Shown here in pieces: positions 20,544 to 32,685 of a stretch of 64,000 nucleotides of DNA. This DNA is from an uncultured bacterium (GTDB lineage: Bacteria > Chloroflexota > UBA5177 > JANWHV01): positions 576,001 to 640,000 of the forward strand of contig CAWHAE010000009.1 of NCBI GenBank assembly GCA_963827235.1. The letters are read 5' to 3'. The notes beneath the pieces were generated by a model, which was not told the origin of the DNA, ran no database searches, and saw nothing but the letters and a program-made list of their open reading frames with translations. Both the position numbers and the translations under genes were made by a program. Position 1 is the first letter of the stretch; each line of letters starts with the position of its first letter.

Positions 20544-21110
20544 CTAGCGGGCGGCATAGAGACGGGCGCGGACGCGCTGGTAGAGCAGCTCGTCGACCAG
20601 AATCCAGCCCCAGGACGGCTTGACCTGCGGCCGCTTGAGCGGTGTGACTACCAGCAAGGCAGGCGACAGGCGGCTCAGGGCGTAGCAGAGGGACGGGAGG
20701 CGCGACTCCTCCAGCAGGTGGAGAGCAAAGCTGCAGACGATCAGGCTGAACTGCTGCCCGGCCAGGCTGCCCCAGGCGATGTTCTCGAAGCTCAGCGACA
20801 GAGCGGGCGTGCCCGTGCGCGCCAGGTACGCGTCGCCGGTAAAGGGGTCCACACCTTCCACGGCGGCGCCGAGCTCGCGCAGGGCCATCGTCACCTCGCC
20901 GCTGCCGCAGGCAAGGTCGAGCACGCGGCTGAGATCGAGCGGCCAGGCGGCCGCTGCCTGGGCCAGGATCGCCTGCACGATGTGCTCGTGCGGGTTCCGG
21001 TAGTCGCCGCCGTGCCGCCGGTAGAACTCTTCCGGCCCCTCGCGCACGTAGGCCGCGCGGATGGCGGCCTCGCCCCTGGCGGTGCCCCGGCCGGTCAGGT
21101 CTCGCGGCAT
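20544..21110 (-). CDS. Class I SAM-dependent methyltransferase
   Basis: VLDLACGSGE motif I; FSLIVCSFALH. Confidence 0.85.
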   Translation of the reverse strand: MPRDLTGRGTARGEAAIRAAYVREGPEEFYRRHGGDYRNPHEHIVQAILAQAAAAWPLDLSRVLDLACGSGEVTMALRELGAAVEGVDPFTGDAYLARTGTPALSLSFENIAWGSLAGQQFSLIVCSFALHLLEESRLPSLCYALSRLSPALLVVTPLKRPQVKPSWGWILVDELLYQRVRARLYAAR

Positions 21111-21186
21111 GAGCGGCGGACGACGTGTGGTTCCGGAGGCTGGATGGCGTTCATGCCCTCTATGGTACGGCTTGCGGCGGGAACTC

Positions 21187-21678
21187 TCAGTCAGGGACGC
21201 CGATTGCCTGCTGTATCTCCTGGTGCTGATGCCTGGCAGCCAGGTGCGTCAGCGTCCAAGTCAGGCGCGCGTTGACCACGTAGTTCCAGATCGTGCCGGC
21301 ACCGATCGCGATCAGGTTGGCGATCAGGTAGTGGATGCCGAGGCCGAGCGTCAACACCGCCAGCATGCCCAGCGAGATGAGCGCGCCGCCGCCGGCAATG
21401 AGGTTGTAGCGAAACATGCGCGCTACCCATCCGTGCGGCGATGTCACGTCGCGAAACGTCCAGCGATCGTTGAGGGCGAAATTGCTCAGGATCGCCGTCT
21501 CGGTGGCGATCACGGCGGCTGCCATGTGATTCCATCCCCCATGCGCCACCAGCAGATAGAGGATAACCATGTTCACCACGGCACCGATGCCGCCGACCAC
21601 GCCGAAACGCAGGAAGCGATGCGCGTGCGCGAGCAGCGTGGGGGGGAGGATTGCCGTGACAGCTTTCCGCCCGATCAT
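21187..21678 (-). CDS. GtrA-family membrane protein
   Basis: RFLRFGVVGGIGAVVN...NFALNDRWTF...WNYVVNARLTW. Confidence 0.88.
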   Translation of the reverse strand: MIGRKAVTAILPPTLLAHAHRFLRFGVVGGIGAVVNMVILYLLVAHGGWNHMAAAVIATETAILSNFALNDRWTFRDVTSPHGWVARMFRYNLIAGGGALISLGMLAVLTLGLGIHYLIANLIAIGAGTIWNYVVNARLTWTLTHLAARHQHQEIQQAIGVPD

Positions 21679-22039
21679 ACCGGCAACCCTTGATCCTGCG
21701 CGGCGGAACCGTCCCATCGACGGCACGAAGGTTTGGCACTCTCGTGTGAAGACACGATCTCTCCTTTTGGTCAGACAGATACGCAATCCGCAAACGCGAC
21801 GGCGGCCACGCCTCGACCGAGAGGCACGGACGCGTTGCGTCAACCGGCCCACGGGGGACAAGATGACCTGGGCAGGGCGCTGATCCCTGGCAGCGGGGCC
21901 TGGCTGCCGGCACCCTTGCCGCACGCAGGTAAACGTAACGCGTACGCGGAGCGCGCGCAAACTCAGCCAGAGCTTGACTTCCCGCGTTCCGCCCAGGATG
22001 TCGACGAATAGCTACCATAGTGCTGGGAGATTCACCACT

Positions 22040-22597
22040 ATGCTGACCGATCTGGTGGTGCACGGCGCTACCTTGCGCCTGCTGCACGGCAACATCGTGG
22101 ACGTCCAGGCGGATGCCATCGTCAACGCCGCCAACAGCGGCCTGGCCGGCGGCGGCGGCGTTGACGGCGCCATCCATCGTGCCGGCGGCCCATCGATCAT
22201 GGCCGAATGCCGCCGCATCGGACGCTGTCCCCCGGGAAGCGCCGTGATCACCGGCGCCGGCGTGCTGCACGCGCGCCACGTGATCCACGCCGTGGCGCCG
22301 TTCTACGATGGCGGCAGGAGCGGCGAGGCAGCGCTGCTCCGCGGTGCCTACGCGGCGAGCCTGACCCTGGCCGCCGAACACGGGCTGCAGAGCATCGCCT
22401 TTCCCGCCCTCGGCACCGGGGCCTACCGCTATCCCATGCGCGAGGCGGCAGGCATTGCCCTGGAGACTATTGCCGGGCACCTGCGGGGCGAGACGTCGCT
22501 CCGCGCGGTCACCATCGTGCTGTTCGCCTTGCCGGACCTCACCATTCACGCCGAGGCGCTGGAACGGCTGGCCCAATCCCTGAGCAACGCCGGGTAG
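22040..22597 (+). CDS. Macro-domain O-acetyl-ADP-ribose deacetylase (YmdB-like)
   Basis: DAIVNAANSGLAGGGGVDGAIHRAGG; SIAFPALGTGAYRYP. Confidence 0.93.
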   Translation: MLTDLVVHGATLRLLHGNIVDVQADAIVNAANSGLAGGGGVDGAIHRAGGPSIMAECRRIGRCPPGSAVITGAGVLHARHVIHAVAPFYDGGRSGEAALLRGAYAASLTLAAEHGLQSIAFPALGTGAYRYPMREAAGIALETIAGHLRGETSLRAVTIVLFALPDLTIHAEALERLAQSLSNAG

Positions 22598-23781
22598 ACC
22601 GGCTCGCTGCAGATTCGCTCCAGTACGGCGAAGCGATCGTCGCCCCGCAGCAGCGGCTCCACGAGCATGCGCCCATAGGTGTAGGTGAAGGTATAGGTGC
22701 GCCAGAGCGGCGAGCCGATGAATTCCAGGGCCTTGCTCGCCTCCCTCGGCGAAAGCAGGGCCCAGCGCTGCAGGTAGGCCGACACCTCATCCACGCTCCG
22801 TCCCTGCTCGTGCAGCAGGATGGCGGCATTGCCGCGCACGCTGCGCGCGTGCCACATGGCCCGCTTGACGGCCAGGGCCTGCTCGATATCCATGTCGATG
22901 TCCAGCCCGGGCAGCAAGTGCTCGGCGGTCCAGGCCAGCTCCGCGTCGTGCGGAAAGACCGTCGCGCAGGCAGCAGTCGCGATGCCCTCGGAGATCACGC
23001 ACTCGGGAGTGTTGATCAGCTGCACCGCGTACTCGGCGTGCCCATCGCGCAGGTACTGCCGCGTCTCGCGCAGGGCATGCTCGGTGTGGTGGCCCGGATA
23101 TCCTTCGTGTGCCATGAGGTCGGCGAGGGTGTGTACGTGCACGGGAAGATCGGTATTGAGCTCGACGCGGGACCGCGCGTTGCCGAGGTACCAGTTGTAG
23201 CCGCTCCAGGGCTGGTTCCGTACCAGCGTCACCTCGATGCTCTCACCGGCGGGCAACGCGACGTGCTCGGCCGTGCGCGCTCTCAGATGCGCGGCGACAC
23301 GGGTCAACAGATCCGGCAACTTCTCCGGCGCAACCTCCAGCCGGCGGCGGTACTCGGCCAGGCGCTCGGGGAGCGGATCGCCGCCGGGAAGCGCGCGCTC
23401 GAGGGCCTCGTGTGCGCGCGCGAATTGCTCCTCCGGCACCATCTCGACCTGGAGGTCGAAAAGCAGGCGCGCCTGTTCCCGCAGGCTCATAGTCGCTCCC
23501 TGCAACAGCCTCGTGCTTGCTTGCAGAGCCACGACCTGGCGGCTCAGATAGTCCTGGCGGTGCTGTGCGTACCCCATGGCGGGCAACCGGTCCAGCAGCT
23601 CCGCGGCCGCCCGCTCGAGATCGGCCGCGCTCGGCTCCGGCTCGCGCAGCACGGCGTCACGCCAGTCCTCGGGCCCGGTCCAGGCGTCGACCGTGCCGGG
23701 AGCCAGGCGGTCGAGCCGCAAGGAGAGGCGCGCGTATTCCCCTGTCCACTCGTCGAACAATCCGCCGCGGTCTTCGGCCAT
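22546..23781 (-). CDS. DUF885-like putative metallopeptidase
   Basis: AHEGYPGHH motif, ISEGIA and YTFTYTYG. Confidence 0.7.
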   Translation of the reverse strand: MAEDRGGLFDEWTGEYARLSLRLDRLAPGTVDAWTGPEDWRDAVLREPEPSAADLERAAAELLDRLPAMGYAQHRQDYLSRQVVALQASTRLLQGATMSLREQARLLFDLQVEMVPEEQFARAHEALERALPGGDPLPERLAEYRRRLEVAPEKLPDLLTRVAAHLRARTAEHVALPAGESIEVTLVRNQPWSGYNWYLGNARSRVELNTDLPVHVHTLADLMAHEGYPGHHTEHALRETRQYLRDGHAEYAVQLINTPECVISEGIATAACATVFPHDAELAWTAEHLLPGLDIDMDIEQALAVKRAMWHARSVRGNAAILLHEQGRSVDEVSAYLQRWALLSPREASKALEFIGSPLWRTYTFTYTYGRMLVEPLLRGDDRFAVLERICSEPVYPALLRDWASRSSASA

Positions 23782-24028
23782 CGATCACACCTGCTCTCGC
23801 TGCGCGTGAGGCACTGCCAACATCTCTCTGGCGTCAATGTTACCAGTCCCCGGCCGTATAGCCGGATATAGCCTCCCATCAAGAGAAGGCCCTATACTCA
23901 AACAGGCAATTTCCTCAAACCTGTGACTGGCCGGATCCCGACACCGCGGTGCCCCGCCGGCTGCCATGCACTCGCACTCGCAGGTCGACATTCATTTCCG
24001 CGTGAAGCGGGGCAAAGGTTCATCATCG

Positions 24029-25969
<1,941 letters not shown>

Positions 25970-25990
25970 CCGGCCGCGGCGCGGCAGGGC

Positions 25991-26042
25991 GATTATACAC
26001 TGCCGCATTACGCATCTGTGCGTAATGCGGCAGTGTATAATC
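25991..26042. promoter_or_regulatory. Perfect 24-bp inverted repeat with 4-nt spacer, carrying TATAAT on both strands
   Basis: GATTATACACTGCCGCATTACGCA-TCTG-TGCGTAATGCGGCAGTGTATAATC. Confidence 0.7.
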
Positions 26043-26060
26043 AGGGGCGGAGGTGCGGAG

Positions 26061-27209
26061 ATGGCCGGAAATCCCTTCCGCTATGGCGACGTTGCGACCG
26101 GCGACTACTTCACGAACCGGCACCGCGAGCTCGACGAGGTGATCGCCGACATCACCTCGGGCCAGAACATCGTGATCATCTCCCCTCGCCGCTATGGCAA
26201 GACCTCGCTCATGTTCGAGGCCATCCGGCGATTGCGCGGGCAGAAGGTGCTGGTAGCCTACCTCGACCTGTTTCGCGCTCCCACCAAGGAACGGTTTGCC
26301 GATCTGCTGGCCTCCGCCGTCTTCAGCGGCCTGATCAACCCCGTCGAGCGCGTGTTGAAGGATGCAATCGGCTTCTTCCAGCGGCTGCCAATCCAGCCGA
26401 AAGTGAGCATAGATCCCACCGGCATGCCGGCGTTTGAGTTCTCCGCCGGACAGCGCTCACGCGATATCGACCAGGCAATCGAGGCGCTTCTGGCACTGCC
26501 GGGCCGCCTCGCCGCGGAACGGCACCGCGCGGTAGCCGTCGTCTTCGACGAGTTTCAGGAAATTCTCTCTATCGATCCGCGCCTGCCGGGCGTCATGCGC
26601 GCCGTCTTCCAGACCCAGGGGGACGTCGCGCACGTCTTCCTCGGCAGCAAGCGCCATCTGATGCAGGACGTGTTTGCCGGCCAGCATCAGCCACTCTACA
26701 AGATGGCCAAGCCCATCAGCCTCAGGCCCATCGAGCCCGACGCCTTCGCGTCGTTCATCCGCGCGCGCTTCTCAGAAACGCTCGTGCCGATCGACGAGGC
26801 GGCGATCCGGCGCGTGCTGGCGATAACCGGCGGGCACCCACACGACACGCAGGAGCTCTGCTACTTCCTGTGGTCGCTGGCTCAAGGCGGTCACCCGTCT
26901 TCTGCCGTGAGAGAGGAGGTCGTCGACGCGGCGCTTGCCCAGGTTCTCGACGCGGAGAGCGCGCACTACACGACGGTGTGGGAGGCGCTTTCCGCGCACC
27001 AGCGCCTGGTCCTGCTCGCTCTCGCCGCCGAATCCGGCCCGGCTTTCAGCGAGAGCTACCGTCGCCGGCATCGATTGGGCGCGGCCTCGTCGATGCAGCG
27101 ATCGCTGGCGCGTCTTGTGGAGCGCGAACTGATCGATCGGTCGGCGTCGGGGGAATACGTGGTGGCCGATGTGTTCTTTCGCGAGTGGATCAGGGCTCGG
27201 GCGGGCTGA
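26061..27209 (+). CDS. P-loop ATPase (archaeal-type ATPase_2/COG1672-like) with probable C-terminal winged helix
   Basis: NPFRYG..FTNR..E, Walker A SPRRYGKTS, Walker B VVFDEFQ, TGGHP, C-terminal SLARLVERELI...DVFFREWI. Confidence 0.88.
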   Translation: MAGNPFRYGDVATGDYFTNRHRELDEVIADITSGQNIVIISPRRYGKTSLMFEAIRRLRGQKVLVAYLDLFRAPTKERFADLLASAVFSGLINPVERVLKDAIGFFQRLPIQPKVSIDPTGMPAFEFSAGQRSRDIDQAIEALLALPGRLAAERHRAVAVVFDEFQEILSIDPRLPGVMRAVFQTQGDVAHVFLGSKRHLMQDVFAGQHQPLYKMAKPISLRPIEPDAFASFIRARFSETLVPIDEAAIRRVLAITGGHPHDTQELCYFLWSLAQGGHPSSAVREEVVDAALAQVLDAESAHYTTVWEALSAHQRLVLLALAAESGPAFSESYRRRHRLGAASSMQRSLARLVERELIDRSASGEYVVADVFFREWIRARAG

Positions 27210-27313
27210 GCACAGTCGGGCCCGAGTCTCCTCTCCACGGCTGTATGCTGATACGCATAGGAGGTCTCGACGATGGCCATTGCCGCCTATTTTTATCCGA
27301 TGGAAGCGTAGCC

Positions 27314-27874
27314 ATGGAACGGCCGGATCTGCCGCAGCTCAGCTTCGACGAGTACTACATGGGCCTCGCCATCGCCGTCAGGCGGCGCGCGAACTGCGTG
27401 GGTACCCGGGTCGGGGCCATCCTCGTCAAGAACAATCGCGTGCGGGCGACCGGCTACAACGGCGTGCCCGAGCACATGACGAACTGCGTGGAAGGCGGCT
27501 GCGAGCGCTGCTCCAATCGGGAGAAGTATGGCGGCGGCGAAGCGTACGATCTCTGCATCTGCGTGCACGCCGAACAGAACGCGCTGATGGTCGCCGCGCG
27601 CTACGGCATCGCGGTAAACGGCGCTCTCATCTATACCACGGTGCGGCCGTGCTTCGGCTGCACCAAGGAGCTGCTACAGGCCGGCGTGGTAGGCGTGCGC
27701 TACCTCTATGATTGGAAGCCGCGGCCCGAGGCCGAGGGCGCCTACCGCCTGATTCAGGGCCGCTTCGGCGAGGGGATCAAGCGCGTGATCGTTCCCGACC
27801 CGGACGAAGCCTGGGCCATGCCGCCTCGGTCGCGCGAGCTGCCCGCGGGCGGGCAGGAACCGGCGATGAACTGA
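27314..27874 (+). CDS. dCMP deaminase family protein
   Basis: RANC...VGAILV, ATGYNG, CVHAEQNA, PCFGC zinc motif. Confidence 0.92.
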   Translation: MERPDLPQLSFDEYYMGLAIAVRRRANCVGTRVGAILVKNNRVRATGYNGVPEHMTNCVEGGCERCSNREKYGGGEAYDLCICVHAEQNALMVAARYGIAVNGALIYTTVRPCFGCTKELLQAGVVGVRYLYDWKPRPEAEGAYRLIQGRFGEGIKRVIVPDPDEAWAMPPRSRELPAGGQEPAMN

Positions 27875-27913
27875 GGGCCCCGCCCTGCCCGCACGCAGCG
27901 GCCGGCGACGCGC

Positions 27914-28879
27914 TCAGTGCCCGGCAAGCGAGGCGACGGCCTGGCCGATCGCCTGCAGGGTCGCCTGATCCAGGGTGATCTCCGCCGCCTTCACGTTCTC
28001 GTCGATCTGCTCGGGGCGAGAGGCGCCGATGATGGCACTGCTCACGCCGTGCTGGCGCAGCACCCAGGCCAGGGCAAGCTGGCTCATGGTGATGCCCAGC
28101 CCCTCGGCGATCGGGCGCAGGCGGTCGACCGCCTGCAGCACCTCCTCCTGCAGGAAGCGGCCCAGGAACTGCGACGCTTCGCCGCCGATCGCGGCACGCG
28201 ACCCGGCAGGCGGCGGCTGGCCGGGCCGGTACTTGCCGGTCAGCACACCCTGGGCGAGAGGCGAGAAGACGATCTGGCCGATGCCTTCGCGCTCGCACAG
28301 CGGGAGCACTTCCTTTTCTATGTATGTCTCCAGGATGCTGTAGCGCGGCTGATTGGAGGCGATCTGGTCCATGTTGTGCCCGCGCGCGAAGGACACGGCG
28401 CTGCCTATCTGCTCCGCCGTCCACTCGCTGACCCCGGCATAGAGGATCTTGCCCTGGCTGATCAGGTCGTCGAGCGCCCGCAGCGTCTCCTCCAGCGGCG
28501 TCTCTACATCGTAGCGGTGGCACTGGTAGATATCGATATAGTCCACGCCCAGGCGCCGCAAGGAGGCGTGCGCCTGCTCCATGATGTGCTTGCGCGAGAG
28601 TCCATGGTCATTTGGGCCCTCGCCCATGTTGAAGAACACCTTGGTGGCCAGCACGTACGACGAGCGCGGGTAGTCGTGCAGGGCGCGACCCAGCACTTCC
28701 TCGGCGCCGCCGCGCCGGTAGGCGTTCGCGGTGTCGAAGAGATTGATGCCGCGGTCGAAGGCATGCTTGACGCACGCGATGGCCGTCTGATCCTCTACGT
28801 AGCCGCCATGGGTGAGCCAGTTTCCCAGCGCGATGGCGCTGACCTTCATACCCGTCTTGCCCAGCCGTCGATACTGCAT
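27914..28879 (-). CDS. Aldo/keto reductase (Kv-beta/Tas-like)
   Basis: MQYRRLGKTG, FDTANAY, LATK, IDIYQCHR, SPLAQGVLTGKY. Confidence 0.95.
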   Translation of the reverse strand: MQYRRLGKTGMKVSAIALGNWLTHGGYVEDQTAIACVKHAFDRGINLFDTANAYRRGGAEEVLGRALHDYPRSSYVLATKVFFNMGEGPNDHGLSRKHIMEQAHASLRRLGVDYIDIYQCHRYDVETPLEETLRALDDLISQGKILYAGVSEWTAEQIGSAVSFARGHNMDQIASNQPRYSILETYIEKEVLPLCEREGIGQIVFSPLAQGVLTGKYRPGQPPPAGSRAAIGGEASQFLGRFLQEEVLQAVDRLRPIAEGLGITMSQLALAWVLRQHGVSSAIIGASRPEQIDENVKAAEITLDQATLQAIGQAVASLAGH

Positions 28880-29191
28880 CTGCTCTCTCCTGCTCGCCAC
28901 GGATTGCCGTCCGGCGCCAATGCCGTGGCAGAGGCCGCGTGAGAATCCGGCCCCGCCCGGGCTTGCGCCGGCATCCGCCGACCTCCAGAAGCATACCGCG
29001 TCCCGCCGGCTCGTCTGAAGATACCCTGATTACTGCGTCGCCCCGTCGCTCGCGCGCTGCTATCATGGGCTGTACGTAGGACAGATGACCTGGACTTGAT
29101 GCCGGCACGGCACCATGCGGGCCACCTGCGTGTTGAGCGCTTATGCCTGCGCCCGTCGATGCACTGATGCAGGCCCGTGACCGGGGTGGGA

Positions 29192-30295
29192 ATGACGACG
29201 AACGAGGCCGGCCCGGCCGCGGAGGGGTGGGATACGACTGAGCGCGCGGCCGGCAGCTCTTCCGCGTCTGAGCCGGCGGTGCTGGTGCGCGACGTGTGCA
29301 AGGTGTATCGCGTGCCGGAGCGCGAGGCCGGGTTCGGGGCATCGCTGCGCAGTCTCTTCCACCGCACGTTTCGCGAAGTGCGCGCGGTCGACGGCATCAG
29401 CTTCACTGTGTCGCGCGGCGAGGTGGTCGGCTTTCTGGGCCCAAACGGCGCCGGCAAGACGACCACGCTCAAGATGCTCTCCGGACTGCTCTATCCCTCC
29501 TCGGGAGAGGTGCAAGTGCTTGGGTTCCGGCCGTTCCGGCGCGAGCACGCCTTTCTGCGCCGCATCACCATGGTGATGGGCAACAAGTCGCAGCTTCAGT
29601 GGGATCTCCCGGCGGCCGACTTCTTCCAGATCAACCGAACGCTCTACCGCCTCTCGGACCAGGCATTCGGAGAGGCGCTGAGCGAGCTGGTCGACTTGCT
29701 GGATCTCGGCTCGCTGCTCAAGAAGCAGGTGCGCTCGCTGAGCTTGGGCGAGCGCATGAAGTGCGAGCTTGCCGCCGCGCTGCTCTACAGGCCCGAGGTG
29801 CTGTTTCTGGACGAGCCGACTCTTGGCCTGGACGTGACCATGCAGTCGCGCATCCGGCGCTTCGTCGCGGAATACAATGCGCGCACGGGCGCAACCGTCC
29901 TGCTCACCAGTCACTACATGGCGGACGTGACGGCGCTCTGCAAGCGCGTGATTGTGATTCACCACGGCAAGCTGCTCTACGATGGCCCGCTGGACGATCT
30001 GGCGAGCCGTATCGCGCCGTTCAAGCTGCTGCGGATCGATATCGAGCGCGAGGACGGCATTCACGCTCCCGAGCAGTACGGCGAAGTGGAGAGCCTGGAA
30101 GACGGCAAGCTGACCCTGCGGGTGCCGCGCGAGGACGCGCCGGCAATCACCGCCCGCCTGCTGGCAGACCTTCCGGTGGTCGATCTCACGGTCGAAGATC
30201 CGCCGATCGAGAGCGTGATCGCGGAAGTCTTCCGGAGTGCGCCCGGCAGCACCCTGGCAGAATCCGTATCCATGCAGGAGGCCTCGGGTTCGTGA
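29192..30295 (+). CDS. ABC exporter ATP-binding subunit
   Basis: GPNGAGKTT, LSLGERMK, FLDEPTLGLD, TSHYM. Confidence 0.93.
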   Translation: MTTNEAGPAAEGWDTTERAAGSSSASEPAVLVRDVCKVYRVPEREAGFGASLRSLFHRTFREVRAVDGISFTVSRGEVVGFLGPNGAGKTTTLKMLSGLLYPSSGEVQVLGFRPFRREHAFLRRITMVMGNKSQLQWDLPAADFFQINRTLYRLSDQAFGEALSELVDLLDLGSLLKKQVRSLSLGERMKCELAAALLYRPEVLFLDEPTLGLDVTMQSRIRRFVAEYNARTGATVLLTSHYMADVTALCKRVIVIHHGKLLYDGPLDDLASRIAPFKLLRIDIEREDGIHAPEQYGEVESLEDGKLTLRVPREDAPAITARLLADLPVVDLTVEDPPIESVIAEVFRSAPGSTLAESVSMQEASGS

Positions 30296-31080
30296 TCGCT
30301 GCACTGCGTATCTATCTGGCCCTGTCCTGGTCGGAGTTCGTGGCCTATCGCGTGGTATTCTTCCTCTACGCGCTGTGGGCTATCTTCCCTCCCCTGATCT
30401 ACCTGGCAGTCTGGGCGACGATCGCCAGCTCGACCCCAATCGGCTCCTTCACGGCGGGCGATTTCGTGGCCTACTATCTGGTGTTCATGATCGTCAACCA
30501 CCTGACCGGATCCATCGAGATCCACACCGTCGAGTGGGAGATTCGCCAGGGCACGATCTCGTCGCGCCTGCTGTTGCCGGTCCACCCGGCGATCCGGCCG
30601 CTGGCCAGCAACCTGTGCTTCAAGGGCATGGGGCTCTTCGTCGTGGTACCGGGCGTGTTGCTGCTGGCCCTCGTGTTTCATCCGCAGTTTCACACCGATG
30701 CGCCGAATGTGCTGCTGGCCGTGCCTGCAACGATGGGCGCTGCCGCTCTGCAATTCCTGCTCGGGTTTACCATTGCCATCCTGGCTTTCTGGATCACGCG
30801 TGCCGACGCGGTGAATCAGCTGCACGAGACGCTGCTCTTCATCCTCTCCGGCCAGCTTGCTCCCCTCGCTCTCCTGCCCGGCGCATTGCGCGCGCTTGCC
30901 ACCGCGCTGCCGTACCGCTATATGCTCTCCTTCCCGGTTGAAGTAGCAACGGGCAGCCTCTCGGCGAGCGCCACGGTGCTTGGCTTTTCCCTGCAGGCGG
31001 CTTGGCTCGTGGCGGGCTGGAGCCTGTTCCGCCTCGTCTGGGCACGCGGCGTGCGCCACTACTCCGCGGTAGGCGGCTAG
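30292..31080 (+). CDS. ABC-2 family (DUF990-like) permease
   Basis: GTG overlaps the previous stop; hydrophobic; EIRQGTISSRLLLP, LSGQLAPL, YSAVGG. Confidence 0.88.
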   Translation: MIAALRIYLALSWSEFVAYRVVFFLYALWAIFPPLIYLAVWATIASSTPIGSFTAGDFVAYYLVFMIVNHLTGSIEIHTVEWEIRQGTISSRLLLPVHPAIRPLASNLCFKGMGLFVVVPGVLLLALVFHPQFHTDAPNVLLAVPATMGAAALQFLLGFTIAILAFWITRADAVNQLHETLLFILSGQLAPLALLPGALRALATALPYRYMLSFPVEVATGSLSASATVLGFSLQAAWLVAGWSLFRLVWARGVRHYSAVGG

Positions 31081-31082
31081 TC

Positions 31083-31889
31083 ATGTGGGGATCGGTGCGG
31101 TTGTATGCCGCCATCTTCGCCGTGTATGTGCGGGCCTCGCTGCAAAACGAGCTGGCCTACCGCGCGAATTTCGTCGTGAACATCGGCCTGGCGCTGGTCG
31201 GCCTGGCCAACGCCTTGATCGGAGTGTCCGTGATCTTCTCCCATACCACGACGCTGAGCGGCTGGACCTTCGCCGAGACTCTCGTCTTGCTCAGCGTTTA
31301 CACCATCGTCAACGGGCTGCTCAACGTCTTCGTGGCGCCGAATCTCGATCAGTTGAGCGAGAGCATTCGCCAGGGCACGCTGGACTTCACGCTGCTCAAG
31401 CCGGCCAGCAGCCAGTTCCTGGTCAGCTTCCAGCGTTGCCTGATCTGGGGGCTGACCGACGTCGTGCTCGGCGCCGGCCTGCTGGTGTATAGCTTGACCA
31501 GGCTATCGGGCGAAGGCGGATTAGGCGCCGGCCGGCTGGCCCTGTTTGCTCTCACCCTGGCGGCAGGAGTGGTCGTGCTGTACTGCCTGTGGACCATGTT
31601 GGCCACCTTCGCCTTCTGGTTCGTACGCATCGACAACATGACCACCCTGCTGCACACGTTCTTCGGCATGGGCCGGTTCCCGGTCGACGCCTACCCGCTA
31701 TGGCTGCGCCGCGTGCTCACGTTCGTGATACCGGTGGCGTTGATTACCACCGTGCCGGCGGAGGCGCTGAGCGGGCGGCTGGCGCCTATCGTCCCGTGTG
31801 TCTCGACGGCGGCCGCCGTGATCATGGTCTGGCTGAGCACCCGGCTCTGGCGGCTCGGTCTTCGCCAGTACACCAGCGCGTCGAGCTAA
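31083..31889 (+). CDS. ABC-2 family (DUF990-like) permease
   Basis: YRANF, IRQGTLDFTLLKP, GRFPVDAYP, YTSASS. Confidence 0.9.
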   Translation: MWGSVRLYAAIFAVYVRASLQNELAYRANFVVNIGLALVGLANALIGVSVIFSHTTTLSGWTFAETLVLLSVYTIVNGLLNVFVAPNLDQLSESIRQGTLDFTLLKPASSQFLVSFQRCLIWGLTDVVLGAGLLVYSLTRLSGEGGLGAGRLALFALTLAAGVVVLYCLWTMLATFAFWFVRIDNMTTLLHTFFGMGRFPVDAYPLWLRRVLTFVIPVALITTVPAEALSGRLAPIVPCVSTAAAVIMVWLSTRLWRLGLRQYTSASS

Positions 31890-32090
31890 TGCCGGACCAG
31901 GGCGCTTCGAGTCCCAGAGCGGATGGCGCCGGCAGGCCCGGGACCGCCGGGCTCGTGGCTGCCCGGCAGGGGCCGGCGCACCTGTCAGAGAACTGACACC
32001 TTCCCGTAACGATACGGTAATCAGGCGGCACTACGCTGAGCCTGTGCACTGCATCGCCGCTAACTACCTCGTGAGAGAGAATCGACGTCC

Positions 32091-32642
32091 ATGACCCTGC
32101 CACGTCCCCGGGCCGCCGCGGGCAACCCCGCCGCCCGGCCTCGCGGCGCGGCGCCCCGCCTGCGCGCTGCTCCCGCGGGAAAGAGCCGCCGGCTGTACGC
32201 GCGCGGATTGCTGAGCGGGCGCGCTCGGCGGCTGTGCCGGTTTGCCATTACCGGTGGACTGGCTGGCGCGATCCAGCTTGCCTTGTTGCTCGCCTTCACC
32301 CGCGCCGGCTGGCCCGGTTTGCCCGCCAACCTGGCCGCCTTCGTGCTCTCCGCGCAACTCAACTTCATCATGAGCGGGCTCTTCACCTGGCGCGATCGCC
32401 TGACCGCGCTGCCCTGGCCGCGCCGCTGGCTGTTCTTCCATTGCTCCATCGCGAGCATGGCGGTGTTGAACATGCTCGTCTTCGCCCTCGCCCGGCTGTT
32501 GCTGCCGGACCTGGCCGCGTCGGCCCTGGGCATCGCCACGGCGGCCACGGGAAACTTCCTGCTTGGCGATCGGGTGGTTTTCCGCGCCCGCCGGCAGACG
32601 CAGCCAGCCGCTGCCGCCGCCGATCAGGAGCCGGCCGCGTAG
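32091..32642 (+). CDS. GtrA-family membrane protein (second copy)
   Basis: RFAITGGLAG...QLNF..S.LFTWRDR...NFLLGDRVVF; start uncertain. Confidence 0.8.
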   Translation: MTLPRPRAAAGNPAARPRGAAPRLRAAPAGKSRRLYARGLLSGRARRLCRFAITGGLAGAIQLALLLAFTRAGWPGLPANLAAFVLSAQLNFIMSGLFTWRDRLTALPWPRRWLFFHCSIASMAVLNMLVFALARLLLPDLAASALGIATAATGNFLLGDRVVFRARRQTQPAAAAADQEPAA

Positions 32643-32685
32643 CCCCGACATGGTGGCCCAGGCGGCGATCCGCTCCGGCCGGTGC

